Below are positions 16,955 through 26,374 of a DNA stretch of 33,293 bases, in pieces (within the stretch, counting starts at the first letter, position 1; the number at the start of each line of letters is the position of its first letter). The position numbers and the translations under genes are program-made. The DNA is from Gemmatimonadales bacterium. GTDB taxonomy: Bacteria > Gemmatimonadota > Gemmatimonadetes > Gemmatimonadales > GWC2-71-9. The notes below the pieces were generated by a model, which saw nothing but the letters and a program-made list of their open reading frames with translations, made no database searches and was not told the DNA's origin. The stretch covers positions 1 through 33,293 of the forward strand of contig DASSTP010000028.1 in assembly GCA_035707845.1 (NCBI GenBank). The letters run 5' to 3'.

Positions 16955-19012
16955 AGGCCCGACGGCCCTTGGTTCCACCACCACCAACCCATACGCCGCA
17001 ACGCGGCACTCGCCTCGTTCCACTGCCAGCACCGGCTCGGCTGATGACAATGCCACCGTCCACTCTCCCGGTGGCAGCGCGAAGCGCACAGGCGCCGCGC
17101 CTCCATTGAGGAGGATCAGCAGCAAGTCGGAGCCGTTTTCACGGAGCTGAAGTCCAAGGGCATGCAGGTTGGCGGCATGCCAGTCATCCTCGGTCATGAC
17201 GGCGCCATCCGCACGAAGCCAGATAGCCACCGTCCCCGCATCCGCCGAGGGCGGCGCCAGGAATGCCATCCGCCGGAGTACTGGATGTCGACGGCGCAGG
17301 GCGGCCGCTTGCGCCATGAACTGGAGCATGGCCCGCTCGCGGTCGCCGAGGTCCCACTTGAGCCAGGTCAGCGGGCCGTCGTGGCAGTAGGCGTTGTTGT
17401 TGCCGAGCTGGCTGCGCAGCAGCTCGTCGCCATGGCCGATCATCGGCAGGCCCTGGGAGACCAGCACCGTGGCGATCATGGCGCGCGCCACCCGGTCGCG
17501 CATGGCCTGGATGGCGGGATCGCCCGTTTCGCCCTCTACACCCCAGTTCCGGCTCCAGTTGGTGGCGTGGCCATCGCGGTTTGCTTCCCCGTTTGCCTCG
17601 TTGTGACGATGCTCGTAGCGCACCAGGTCGGCCAGGGTGAATCCATCATGGCAGGAAACAAAATTGACGCTCGCGTGGGGACCGCGGCCATCGCTGCCGA
17701 AGAGGTCGCTGCTCCCAGCCAGCGCCGTGGCCAGGCCAGCCACCTCGTTCGCCGCGCCACGCCAGAAGCGGCGCACCGTATCACGGTAGCGGTCATTCCA
17801 TTCGGACCATCGGGCCGGGAAGTGGCCCAGCTGGTAACCATGCCGCCCCACGTCCCAGGGTTCGGCGATCAGCTTGGCATGGGCAAGCACGGGATCGTCA
17901 GCGATGGCCTGGAACAGGGTTGGAAGGGTATCGGGAAAGACGCCGCCGCGCGCGAGCGCCGGGGCCAGGTCGAAGCGGAACCCGTCCACGTGCATCTCCG
18001 TCACCCAGTAGCGCAGTGAATCGAAGAGCAGCGCGCGTCCCGGCGTGTTCACCATATCCAGGGTGTTGCCGCATCCGGTCACGTCGAGGTAGCCCGCCGG
18101 CGCGTCCGCCGCCGAGACGTACCAGGCCGCATTGTCCAGCCCGCGGAAGCTGAGCGTCGGACCATCGACATCAATCTCCGCGCTGTGGTTGTACACCACA
18201 TCCAGCAGGACCTCGATACCGGCGGCGTGCAGCCGACGAACCATCTCACGAAACTCGGCGACCTGGCCGCCCCGAGCAGTGGTGGCGAACCGCGCATCGG
18301 GCGCAAAGAACGCGGCGGTCGAATAGCCCCAGTAGTTGGTGAGGCCGAGGCGGGCGAGGCGGGCATCGTCGGCGGCATGCATGATGGGCAGCAACTCGAC
18401 CGCCGTGACACCCAGGGTACGCAGGTGCTGCAGTACCGGCTCGGAGGCGAATCCGAGAAACGTTCCCCGAAGCCGTGCTGGCACGTCCGGGTGCTGCATG
18501 GTCATGCCCCGCACGTGACATTCGTAGATCAGCGAGTCTTCGATGGGAATGCGCGGCGCGGTATCGCCCTGCCAGTCGAAGCCCGCCGACACGACCACGG
18601 ACCGGGGCAGGTGCGGCGCGCTGTCGCTGGGGTCGGCCACGTCGGGCTCGCCGGGCCGGTGATCACAGAGCGACGGGTGCCAGGGAATCGGCCCGCTGAT
18701 GGCCCGCGCATACGGGTCGAGCAGCAGCTTGGCGGCATTGAACCGGTGACCCTCCTGGGGACTCCAGGGCCCATGGGCGCGGAAGCCATAGAGCTGGCCC
18801 GAACCCGCGCCCGCCACGTGGCAGTGCCAGAGCCCAGTTCCGTCCGGTTCCATGGGGACCTGCCGCTCCCCTGCGCCGTCGTCATCGAACAGGCAGAGCT
18901 CCACCTGTTCGGCGCGGCTGCTGGTCACGACGAATCGGGTACCGTCGGCGTCCAGGTGAGCGCCCGGCTCCGGAGTGGGCGGCGTCAGTGCCGCCAACGC
19001 TGCGGTGTCCAT
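16946..19012 (-). CDS. glgX: Glycogen debranching enzyme (GH13, GlgX type)
   Basis: The track ORF (913 aa) is over-extended. The homologous part starts at MDTAALAALTPP... (residue 226 of the ORF, ATG 19012). GH13 motifs DVVYNHS, GFRFDLA, EPWD and FVSCHDGFTLADL are present. Confidence 0.92.
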   Translation of the reverse strand: MDTAALAALTPPTPEPGAHLDADGTRFVVTSSRAEQVELCLFDDDGAGERQVPMEPDGTGLWHCHVAGAGSGQLYGFRAHGPWSPQEGHRFNAAKLLLDPYARAISGPIPWHPSLCDHRPGEPDVADPSDSAPHLPRSVVVSAGFDWQGDTAPRIPIEDSLIYECHVRGMTMQHPDVPARLRGTFLGFASEPVLQHLRTLGVTAVELLPIMHAADDARLARLGLTNYWGYSTAAFFAPDARFATTARGGQVAEFREMVRRLHAAGIEVLLDVVYNHSAEIDVDGPTLSFRGLDNAAWYVSAADAPAGYLDVTGCGNTLDMVNTPGRALLFDSLRYWVTEMHVDGFRFDLAPALARGGVFPDTLPTLFQAIADDPVLAHAKLIAEPWDVGRHGYQLGHFPARWSEWNDRYRDTVRRFWRGAANEVAGLATALAGSSDLFGSDGRGPHASVNFVSCHDGFTLADLVRYEHRHNEANGEANRDGHATNWSRNWGVEGETGDPAIQAMRDRVARAMIATVLVSQGLPMIGHGDELLRSQLGNNNAYCHDGPLTWLKWDLGDRERAMLQFMAQAAALRRRHPVLRRMAFLAPPSADAGTVAIWLRADGAVMTEDDWHAANLHALGLQLRENGSDLLLILLNGGAAPVRFALPPGEWTVALSSAEPVLAVERGECRVAAYGLVVVEPRAVGPGA

Positions 19013-19084
19013 GGGCGAAGTGTAGCAGGAGCCGCCGCGCGCTTCACGGTTGCGCCATCGGCCGGTTTCGTGTAGCCGTTCCGA

Positions 19085-20896
19085 ATGACCGACACCGCTC
19101 CGGCTGCGCCCGCGCTCCTGCACCACGCCGCCTTCGGCAACGGCCGTGTCCTGGCGCTGGTGGCGTCCACCAGTGCCATTGAATGGCTCTGCCTTCCCCG
19201 CTTCGACTCGCCCTCGGTCTTTGGCCGGCTGCTGGACCGTGACAAGGGTGGAACCTTCCGGATCCTGCATGCCTCGGGCGAGCTCAGCGGCAAGATGGGC
19301 TACCTGCCCAACACCAATGTGGTCCGGACCGAATTTCACGCGGACGACGGCAGCTGGGAGGTGATCGACTTCGCCCCCCGGATACCCTACGGGCTCGGCG
19401 TGAAGGTGCCGATCGAGATAGTCCGGATGGTGCGGCCGCTCGAGGGGGAACCGAGACTGGTGGTGGACTTCGATCCCCGGCCCGACTACGCCCGGGTCGA
19501 GCCACGGTTTCGCGAGACGGTCATGGGACTGGAGGTGAGCGGTGCACCGGTGCCGCTCCATTTCTCCACCAGCCTGCCGATCCCCTACATCACGGGACGG
19601 CGCCAGTTCGTGCTCACGCGCCCGCACTACTTCATCATGAGCTACGGCCCGCGGGAGCATTCGCCCACGATGGCGAGCGCCCAGCATGACCAGGATCGCA
19701 CCATTGCCGGCTGGCGGGCCTGGTGCCGGAGCTGCGCGCTGCCGTCATTCGGGACCGAGCTGGTGCTTCGCTCAGCGCTGGTCCTCAAGCTCCATGCGTA
19801 CCATGACACGGGCGCCGTGATCGCCGCCGCCACGACCAGCATCCCGGAGGCGATGGGTACCCAGCGCACCTGGGACTACCGCTTCTGCTGGCTGCGCGAT
19901 GCGGCATTCACTGTGGAGGCGCTCCGGCGCCTGGGGCAGATCTGGGAGGGCGAGCAGTTCGTGCGCTACCTGCGCGACGTGACGGAGGCGGGCCCGCTCC
20001 AGCCGGTCTACGGCATTGACGGCGAGCGGAACCTCGAGGAGTACATGCTGCCGCACCTCGCGGGGTTTGCCGGCAACGGCTTCGTGCGCATCGGGAATGC
20101 GGCGTACTTCCAGCGGCAGAACGACATCTGGGGCGAGATCATCCTCTGCCTCGAGACGCTGCTGACCGACCCGCGCATCGTGCACGAGGAACCGAACGGC
20201 TATTACCCGCTCATCCGCCGGCTGGTGGAAGATGCCATCGAGGCGGCGCCGAAACCCGACACCAGCATCTGGGAATTCCGCAGCATCCTCCGGAATTACA
20301 CCTTCTCACGCGCCATGTGCTGGGTGGCCATCCATCGCGGGGCCCGCCTGGCCCGACGCTTCGGCGACGCCCGCACCGCCGCGCGCTGGGAGCGCATCGC
20401 CGAGCGCGAACGGACCATCGTACTGGACCAGGGCTACAGCACCGAGGCGGGATACTTCACCCAGGCCCTCGACGGGGTGCATGCCGACGCCGCCAACCTC
20501 CTGCTTCCCACGATCGGCCTGCTCGACGGCCATGATCCCCGCTTCGTCTCCACCGTCAATGCCTACGAGCACATGCTGGTGGAGAACGGGCTCATGCTGC
20601 GCTACAAGAATCCCGATGACTTCGGCCAGACGACCAGTGCGTTCACCATCTGCAGCTTCTGGTGGGCCGAGGCGCTGGCGCTCATGGGCCGGCTGGACGA
20701 CGCCATCCGGGTCTTTGACCGGGTGGCCGCGTTTGCCAACCCGGTGGGGCTGTTCTCCGAGGACATCGAGCCGCTGAGCGGCGAACTGCTGGGCAATTTC
20801 CCCCAGGCGTACACCCATGTGGGCCTCATTCACGCCGCCATGACGATCGGCGAGATGCTGGATGCCCGGGACGGCCGCGTGCGGGCCTGGACCTAG
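19085..20896 (+). CDS. GH15 glycoside hydrolase (glucoamylase/trehalase family)
   Basis: 603-aa ORF with N-terminal GNGRVLALVASTSAIEWLCLPRFDSPSVFGRLLD, WDYRFCWLRDAAFTVEALRRLG, and C-terminal GNFPQAYTHVGLIHAA, all typical of bacterial GH15 proteins. Confidence 0.88.
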   Translation: MTDTAPAAPALLHHAAFGNGRVLALVASTSAIEWLCLPRFDSPSVFGRLLDRDKGGTFRILHASGELSGKMGYLPNTNVVRTEFHADDGSWEVIDFAPRIPYGLGVKVPIEIVRMVRPLEGEPRLVVDFDPRPDYARVEPRFRETVMGLEVSGAPVPLHFSTSLPIPYITGRRQFVLTRPHYFIMSYGPREHSPTMASAQHDQDRTIAGWRAWCRSCALPSFGTELVLRSALVLKLHAYHDTGAVIAAATTSIPEAMGTQRTWDYRFCWLRDAAFTVEALRRLGQIWEGEQFVRYLRDVTEAGPLQPVYGIDGERNLEEYMLPHLAGFAGNGFVRIGNAAYFQRQNDIWGEIILCLETLLTDPRIVHEEPNGYYPLIRRLVEDAIEAAPKPDTSIWEFRSILRNYTFSRAMCWVAIHRGARLARRFGDARTAARWERIAERERTIVLDQGYSTEAGYFTQALDGVHADAANLLLPTIGLLDGHDPRFVSTVNAYEHMLVENGLMLRYKNPDDFGQTTSAFTICSFWWAEALALMGRLDDAIRVFDRVAAFANPVGLFSEDIEPLSGELLGNFPQAYTHVGLIHAAMTIGEMLDARDGRVRAWT

Positions 20897-20898
20897 CG

Positions 20899-23100
20899 AT
20901 GGCAAGGACCCTCCTCGTCTCCAACCGGCTGCCGGTGACCGCCCGCGTGGAAGGCGGCGAGCTCAAGGTGGAGCGGAGCGTGGGCGGGCTCACCACGGCC
21001 TTGTCCGGCTCCAAGCGATCCACCAACACGCTCTGGATCGGCTGGCCCGGCCCGGTGTCCGAGATTCCACGCGCCGTGCGCAACCAGCTGGAGAGCCGGC
21101 TGGACGCCATCGGGTGCGTACCGGTCGGGCTGACCCAGCGCGAGGTGCGGGAATACTACGAGGACGTCTCCAACGGGGTCCTCTGGCCCCTGCTCCACTA
21201 CCAGGCCGACCGGGTGCCACTCGCTCCCCGGCACTGGAGCACGTACGTGGCCGTCAACGGCCGCTTCGCCGACGTGGTGGCGCAGCACTGGCAGAAGGGC
21301 GACGACATCTGGGTGCATGACTACCAGCTCATGCTGCTGCCGGCGCTGCTGCGGCAGCGGCTGCCGCTGGCACGCATCGGCTTCTTCCTCCACATCCCCT
21401 TCCCGGCACTGGAGATCTTCCGCATCCTCCCCTGGCGCACCGAGGTGCTCGACGGACTGCTCGGCGCCGACCTCATCGGATTTCACACCCGGAGCTATGC
21501 CCGCCACTTTCGCGATGCGGCGCTGGCGCTGACCCGCGCCACCGAGGCGCGCGAGGCGGACCAGCTGCGCTTCGCGGGACGTAACGTGCACGTGGGCGCG
21601 TATCCCATCGGCATCGACGCACGGGAGTTCGAGCGGCGCGCCAACCAGCCCGATGTCAACCAGCTGGTCAGCCGGCTGAAGGCCTCGCCGGAAGAGAAGC
21701 TGATCGCGGGTGTGGACCGGCTGGACTACACCAAGGGCATTCCCCACCGCCTCCTGGCGTTCCAGCGGCTGCTGGAGGATGATCCCGAGCTGCGCGGCAC
21801 GGTGCGCCTCATCCAGGTCGTCGTGCCGTCGCGGACCGGCGTGCGCAGCTACCGAGACTTTCGCACCGAGCTCGAGGCGCTGATCGGCCACATCAACGGC
21901 ACCTTCGGCACGCCATCCTGGACTCCCGTCACCTACCAATACCGCGCACTCGACCGGAGCGAACTCCTCGCCCTCTACCGGGCCGCCGACGTGATGTTCG
22001 TGACACCGGTGCGCGACGGCATGAACCTCGTCGCCAAGGAGTATGTGGCGGTCCGGTCGGACGTGGACGGCGTGCTGGTCCTCTCGGAATTCGCCGGGGC
22101 GGCGGAAGACCTGCAGGAAGCGCTGCTGGTGAATCCATTCAACGTGGAGCGCACGGCGCGGACGCTGGAACAGGCACTTGCGATGTCGCCGGATCAGCAG
22201 CGGGTGCGCATGGCGGCGCTCCGGCGTCGCGTCTTCGCCGCGGACGCCGCCCGCTGGGCCAACCGGTTCCTCAGCAAGCTGCATGCGGTCCGGAGCGACC
22301 GGGATACCAACGAGGTCGAAGTCCCGCTGTCGACCGAGGACGAGCTCGCGCAGCTGGCCCGCCGCATCCGGCGCGCGCCCGCCCGGCTCTTCCTGCTCGA
22401 CTATGACGGCACGCTCGTGCGCTTCACCAACGCTCCCGCCGAGGCACGACCGGACGCCAGGCTGCTGGATCTGCTGGGCCGGCTGGCGGAGATGCCTGAG
22501 ACGGAGGTGCACGTTGTCAGCGGACGCTCGCACGAGTCGCTGGACGAATGGCTTGGTCACCTCGACATCGGCCTGCACGCTGAACACGGGCTCTGGTCCC
22601 GGGCACCCCATGCCGCGCGCTGGAAGCGCCAGCGGGTGGAACGCTCGGCGTCCTACGATGAATTCATGCGGCGGCTGGATGAGCACACCGAGCGGGCGCC
22701 GGGTGCGCTGGTGGAGGAGAAATCGGCCGGGCTGGCCTGGCACTACCGCATGGCCAACGAGCGGCTGGGCGCACGCGAGGCGGCGCGCCTCATCCGCGAG
22801 CTGACGCCGCTGGCCGAGCGGCATGGGCTCGAGGTGCTGTCGGGAAACAAGGTGGTGGAGATCCGGCCCGCGACGGTCAACAAGGGCGTGATCGTGACAA
22901 CGGTGGCTGCGGGCCTGCCCAGGGACGCGGTAATCGTGGCCATGGGTGATGACCGGACCGACGAGGATCTCTTTGCCGCGCTCCCCACGGGCGCCATTGC
23001 CGTGCATGTCGGCCCGACGCCAAGCCGCGCGCGGTATCGCGTGCGGGATGTCAGGGCAGCTCGCGCGTGGCTGGAGGAAGTCGTAAGTCGTACGTCGTAA
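20899..23100 (+). CDS. otsAB: Fused trehalose-6-phosphate synthase (GT20) / trehalose-6-phosphate phosphatase (HAD)
   Basis: 733-aa ORF. The N-terminal roughly 460 aa carry [30 protein letters not shown] and [11 protein letters not shown] (OtsA). The C-terminal part carries [11 protein letters not shown] and the [14 protein letters not shown] motifs (OtsB). It starts 2 nt after the GH15 stop. Confidence 0.92.
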   Translation: MARTLLVSNRLPVTARVEGGELKVERSVGGLTTALSGSKRSTNTLWIGWPGPVSEIPRAVRNQLESRLDAIGCVPVGLTQREVREYYEDVSNGVLWPLLHYQADRVPLAPRHWSTYVAVNGRFADVVAQHWQKGDDIWVHDYQLMLLPALLRQRLPLARIGFFLHIPFPALEIFRILPWRTEVLDGLLGADLIGFHTRSYARHFRDAALALTRATEAREADQLRFAGRNVHVGAYPIGIDAREFERRANQPDVNQLVSRLKASPEEKLIAGVDRLDYTKGIPHRLLAFQRLLEDDPELRGTVRLIQVVVPSRTGVRSYRDFRTELEALIGHINGTFGTPSWTPVTYQYRALDRSELLALYRAADVMFVTPVRDGMNLVAKEYVAVRSDVDGVLVLSEFAGAAEDLQEALLVNPFNVERTARTLEQALAMSPDQQRVRMAALRRRVFAADAARWANRFLSKLHAVRSDRDTNEVEVPLSTEDELAQLARRIRRAPARLFLLDYDGTLVRFTNAPAEARPDARLLDLLGRLAEMPETEVHVVSGRSHESLDEWLGHLDIGLHAEHGLWSRAPHAARWKRQRVERSASYDEFMRRLDEHTERAPGALVEEKSAGLAWHYRMANERLGAREAARLIRELTPLAERHGLEVLSGNKVVEIRPATVNKGVIVTTVAAGLPRDAVIVAMGDDRTDEDLFAALPTGAIAVHVGPTPSRARYRVRDVRAARAWLEEVVSRTS

Positions 23101-23120
23101 GTCGTACGACTCAGGACTCT
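23079..23120. repeat. Heptamer array (AGTCGTA-type x4, then CGACTCA and GGACTCT), with a perfect 14-nt tandem duplication GTCGTAAGTCGTAC (23080-23093, 23094-23107)
   Basis: Direct reading. The 12-bp palindrome AGTCGTACGACT (23100-23111) bridges the 10-bp gap between the otsAB stop (23098-23100) and the stop of the convergent small ORF (23111-23113). Confidence 0.85.
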
Positions 23121-23353
23121 CCTTCTCTCCCCCGCCTTCCACTCCCCGAGGGGGACCCGCCCCGGAACTCGAAATGCTCGGTCGGAATGGCACGGGCAGG
23201 AGGCGCGAGGGGATCCGCACCACCGAGCGTGCGCTGGCGGGTGAGCAGATACGCCGCGATACTGGCAGCGGGATGCCAGACCCCGGGCACCAGGCCCGGA
23301 TATTGATCCGCAAACTCCGGCTTCAATCGCGCTTCTCTGGGCGGCGGTGCCAT
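23111..23353 (-). CDS. Hypothetical small protein (80 aa)
   Basis: The ORF reads MAPPPREARLKPEFADQYPGLVPGVWHPAASIAAYLL...EHFEFRGG. GAGG lies 5 nt upstream of the ATG. Third-position GC is about 69% by my count, compatible with coding. I recognise no family. It lies 37 nt downstream of tRNA-Leu on the same strand. Confidence 0.4.
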   Translation of the reverse strand: MAPPPREARLKPEFADQYPGLVPGVWHPAASIAAYLLTRQRTLGGADPLAPPARAIPTEHFEFRGGSPSGSGRRGREGES

Positions 23354-23390
23354 TGGCGCCTCTTGCGTGGGCGGTTCACGGCGTACTGCA

Positions 23391-23474
<84 letters not shown>

Positions 23475-23482
23475 GGTGAGGG

Positions 23483-23488
23483 AATATA
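23483..23488 (-). promoter_or_regulatory. Candidate -10 box TATATT for tRNA-Leu
   Basis: TATATT on the minus strand lies 8 nt upstream of the mature tRNA 5' end. The -35 position falls inside the C-rich heptamer array, and no TTGACA-like box is present. Confidence 0.35.
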
Positions 23489-23571
23489 GGGCGTGGGGCG
23501 TGGGGCGTGGGGCGTGGGGCATGCGGCACGGGGCATGGGGCGCAGGGCGCACAGCGCATGGCGCTTAGCGC
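23488..23571. repeat. Twelve consecutive heptamers: AGGGCGT, (GGGGCGT)x3, GGGGCAT, GCGGCAC, GGGGCAT, GGGGCGC, AGGGCGC, ACAGCGC, ATGGCGC, TTAGCGC
   Basis: Direct reading. The array keeps a strict period of 7 while the unit drifts gradually. GGGG tracts with 3-nt loops lie at 23495-23519. The last units contain the galK stop (23565-23567). Confidence 0.9.
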
Positions 23572-24701
23572 TCGAGCCGCACTCCCCCGCCGGCGCGCGT
23601 CACCCACATCTTCGGCGCCGCGCCGAACTTGCGTTCGAAGCGCTCCGAGACCGCCGAGCGAACCTGCTGCATCGCGGCGTCCGCCGCCAGCACCAGCACC
23701 GCGCCTCCCCACCCTGCGCCCGTGAGCCGGGCGCCCCAGGCACCGGCCTCCACCGCCCATCCGACGATCGCATCGGCTTCGACGCAGCTCGAGGCGAAAT
23801 CATCGCGCAGGGAGGCATGCCCCTCGGACAGCAGTGCCCCGAGCCGGGCGAGGCGGTGCTGGCTCAGCGCCGCCGCGGCCTGATGTACCCGGCGCGTCTC
23901 GGAGACCACGTGCCGCACCCGCCGGAAGAGCGTCTGTGGCAGGCTGCTCGCGATGCGCGGCAGCTGCGCTGCATCGAGCTGGGCCAGCGCATTGAGCTGG
24001 GGCATGGTGCGGCGCAGCGCGGACAGCGCATCCTGGCATTCCGCATGCCGCTCGTTGAGCGCGCCGCCGGTGAGCCGGTGTGACCGGCCGGTGTCCAGCA
24101 TGAGGACGTTGCGGGCAAAGGGCAGCTGTCGCCGCGCGCCGGTGGCCGTCTCGAACAGCAGGGCGTGGTCCTTCCGCCCAAACACCGCGATGGTCTGGTC
24201 CATGCGGCCGCACTGCACGCCGACCTCGTCGTGCTCAGCCCGGTAGGCAAGCTCGGCCATCCCGACACGCGTGATCCGCACGCCGGCGTGCGCCGCGAGC
24301 GCGCGCACGACCGCCACGCAGAGCGCCGCCGAGGAGGAGAGACCTGCCCCCACCGGCACCGTGCTGGCCACCGCAACGCGCAGACTGGTGGGCAGGCTGA
24401 TGCCGCGCGCGCGAAAGGTGCGAGCCACGGCTGCCAGGTACGCCATCCAGCCTCTGGGCAGGCGGCCGCCTGGGTCGAAGGTGCGCCCTCGCCCATCCAG
24501 CGAGGACACCGCTTCCCAGCCGTGACTGGTTCCGGGCCCCATGGCCACCCAGGTGCGGTGCTCGATCGCAAAGGGCAGCACCGGGCCGCCGTTGTAATCG
24601 GTATGTTCGCCGATGAGATTGGCGCGGCCCGGTGCGGAGGCAACAACAGCGGGCGCAGCGGACCAGCGTGCAGCAAAGAGGCCGGAGGCCGGATTGGTCA
24701 C
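23565..24701 (-). CDS. galK: Galactokinase (GHMP kinase family)
   Basis: 378-aa ORF with the GalK signature GRANLIGEHTDYNGG and the GHMP motif PVGAGLSSSAAL. Its ATG forms ATGA with the recN stop. Confidence 0.88.
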   Translation of the reverse strand: MTNPASGLFAARWSAAPAVVASAPGRANLIGEHTDYNGGPVLPFAIEHRTWVAMGPGTSHGWEAVSSLDGRGRTFDPGGRLPRGWMAYLAAVARTFRARGISLPTSLRVAVASTVPVGAGLSSSAALCVAVVRALAAHAGVRITRVGMAELAYRAEHDEVGVQCGRMDQTIAVFGRKDHALLFETATGARRQLPFARNVLMLDTGRSHRLTGGALNERHAECQDALSALRRTMPQLNALAQLDAAQLPRIASSLPQTLFRRVRHVVSETRRVHQAAAALSQHRLARLGALLSEGHASLRDDFASSCVEADAIVGWAVEAGAWGARLTGAGWGGAVLVLAADAAMQQVRSAVSERFERKFGAAPKMWVTRAGGGVRLER

Positions 24702-26374
24702 GAGCGTCCGGAGAGTTTCCGGGCGTCGGTGAGCAGCGCCTGCGCGTGGCGGCGCGCGGTGTCGCCCTCGGCATCGCCGAGCATGCGGGCCAGCTCGGCG
24801 ACGCGATCCTCTCCATGCAGGCGCGCCACGTCGCTCGTGGCGACGCCGCCTCGCGGCTCCTTGCTTACCACGAGGTGCCGGTCGCCGCGCGCGGCAATCT
24901 GGGGAAGATGGGTTATCACCAGCACCTGGCGTCGTTCGCCCAGCTCAGCGAGCGCGGCGCCGACCTGGGCGCCGACCTCACCTCCGATGCCCTGGTCCAC
25001 TTCGTCGAAGACCAGCGTGGGCACGCGGTCATGATGTGCCAGCACGACCTTGAGCGCGAGCATCAGCCGGGAGAGTTCACCGCCCGATGCCGAGCGGGCA
25101 AGCGGGCGTGCGTCGAGGCCCTGATTCAGCTGGGCGTGGAACTCCACCGCTTCGGACCCGTTCGCACCGGGAGTGGGCTGCGGGGCCAGCTGCACCGTCA
25201 CCTTCCCGCCCTTCAGCCCCAGCCTGGGAAGCAGCCGGGAGACGGCACGGCCCAGGCGCTCGGCACCATCGGCGCGCTTTGCACTGAGCGCAGCTGCGGC
25301 CGCCTGAAGCGCCTGCTCCGCGGCATTACGACGCGCCGCGAGGGACCGGAGGTCCACATCCGCGGTGTCGAGGAGGTCGAGTTCGGACGCCGCTTCAGCA
25401 CGCGTTTGCCGGACGGCATCGAGCGTTGCCCCGTACTTCTGCTGCAGCGTGGCCAGCAGGTCACGACGACGCTCCACCTGGTCGAGCCGGGCGGGATCTT
25501 CCTGGACTTCGTTCGTGTAGGCGGATGCCAGGCGTCCCAGCTCCCGCACGTTGTCAAAGGCGGCATCGAGCAGCGCTCGCCATTCCGTCACTGACGGATC
25601 GCTGCGCTCGAGCTGCGCCAGTGCCCGTTCCGCCTCGCCCAGGGCATGGGAGGCACTGGTCTCGCCTTCATCCACCGCGTCCAGCACCCGCCGGGCAAAT
25701 TCGCTGAGGGCGCCGGCCTGTGACAGCCGCCGAGCCTCGAGCGTGAGCGTCTCGTCCTCGCCCCGCACGAGGCGGGCAGCGTCTATTTCATTCACGACGT
25801 GCCGCAGGTAGTCCGCGCGGCGGCGGACTTCGTCCCTTCGCTGCACCAGCGTCTGCTCGCTCGCGCGCAGCTCGGCCAGTGCAGCATGCGCCGCACGCAC
25901 GGCCTCCGCTTCGCCGTCCGCACCTGCCCACGCGTCGAGGATCTGCCGCTGCTCCGCGGGCTTGAGCAGCGACTGGGTCTCATGCTGGCCGTGCAGGTCC
26001 ACCAGCAGTTCACCGACGCTGGCCAGCGTGCTCATGGTGCAGGGGCTGCCGTTGATCCACGCGCGCGAGCGGCCCTCGGCCGTCACCTCGCGCCGGATGA
26101 TCAGGTGATCGTCGTCCATGTCGAGGCCAAGCGCCTCGAGATGACGAAGCACTGCGGGGCCGGCGCCGTCCACGACGCCCTCGACCACCGCCTTGCGGGC
26201 CCCGGCGCGGACGACGGCGCTGTCAGCGCGCTCACCGAGCAGAAGGGCGAGCGCATCCACCAGCATCGACTTCCCCGCTCCGGTCTCGCCCGTGAGGACG
26301 TTGAGTCCGTCGCCCAATTCCAGCCGGACGTCGGCCACTGTAGCGAGGTCGCGGACTCGCAGCTCGGAGATCAC
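24698..26374 (-). CDS. recN: DNA repair protein RecN
   Basis: The track ORF starts at 26407. I prefer GTG 26374 ((M)ISELRVRDLATV...), which forms GTGA with the nadK stop. It has Walker A GETGAGKS, a long coiled-coil middle region, and the C-terminal SGGELSRLMLAL signature with VLVITHLPQIAA. Confidence 0.92.
   Translation of the reverse strand: MISELRVRDLATVADVRLELGDGLNVLTGETGAGKSMLVDALALLLGERADSAVVRAGARKAVVEGVVDGAGPAVLRHLEALGLDMDDDHLIIRREVTAEGRSRAWINGSPCTMSTLASVGELLVDLHGQHETQSLLKPAEQRQILDAWAGADGEAEAVRAAHAALAELRASEQTLVQRRDEVRRRADYLRHVVNEIDAARLVRGEDETLTLEARRLSQAGALSEFARRVLDAVDEGETSASHALGEAERALAQLERSDPSVTEWRALLDAAFDNVRELGRLASAYTNEVQEDPARLDQVERRRDLLATLQQKYGATLDAVRQTRAEAASELDLLDTADVDLRSLAARRNAAEQALQAAAAALSAKRADGAERLGRAVSRLLPRLGLKGGKVTVQLAPQPTPGANGSEAVEFHAQLNQGLDARPLARSASGGELSRLMLALKVVLAHHDRVPTLVFDEVDQGIGGEVGAQVGAALAELGERRQVLVITHLPQIAARGDRHLVVSKEPRGGVATSDVARLHGEDRVAELARMLGDAEGDTARRHAQALLTDARKLSGRS

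Noticed and set aside
16365-17063. 232-aa minus-strand ORF spanning the pilin gene, the GGGGCRT array and the glgX 3' end
   Set aside because: It crosses two genes and a repeat. Its translation of the array gives repetitive PHAPRPMPHAPCPTPHA, so it is not a credible protein.
19020-19076. GTGTAGC repeated 50 bp apart in the glgX/GH15 divergent region, as a regulator site
   Set aside because: A 7-nt direct repeat in a 72-bp region is not statistically compelling. It is mentioned only as context in the trehalose finding.
19013-19687. 225-codon N-terminal extension of the glgX ORF
   Set aside because: The extension overlaps the GH15 gene on the other strand and resembles nothing. GlgX homology begins at MDTAALA (ATG 19012).
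20893-23313. 806-aa ORF on the minus strand
   Set aside because: It is exactly antisense to the well-supported OtsAB gene. It is rich in Arg/Pro/Gly/His as expected for an open antisense frame in high-GC DNA, and it has no recognisable motifs.
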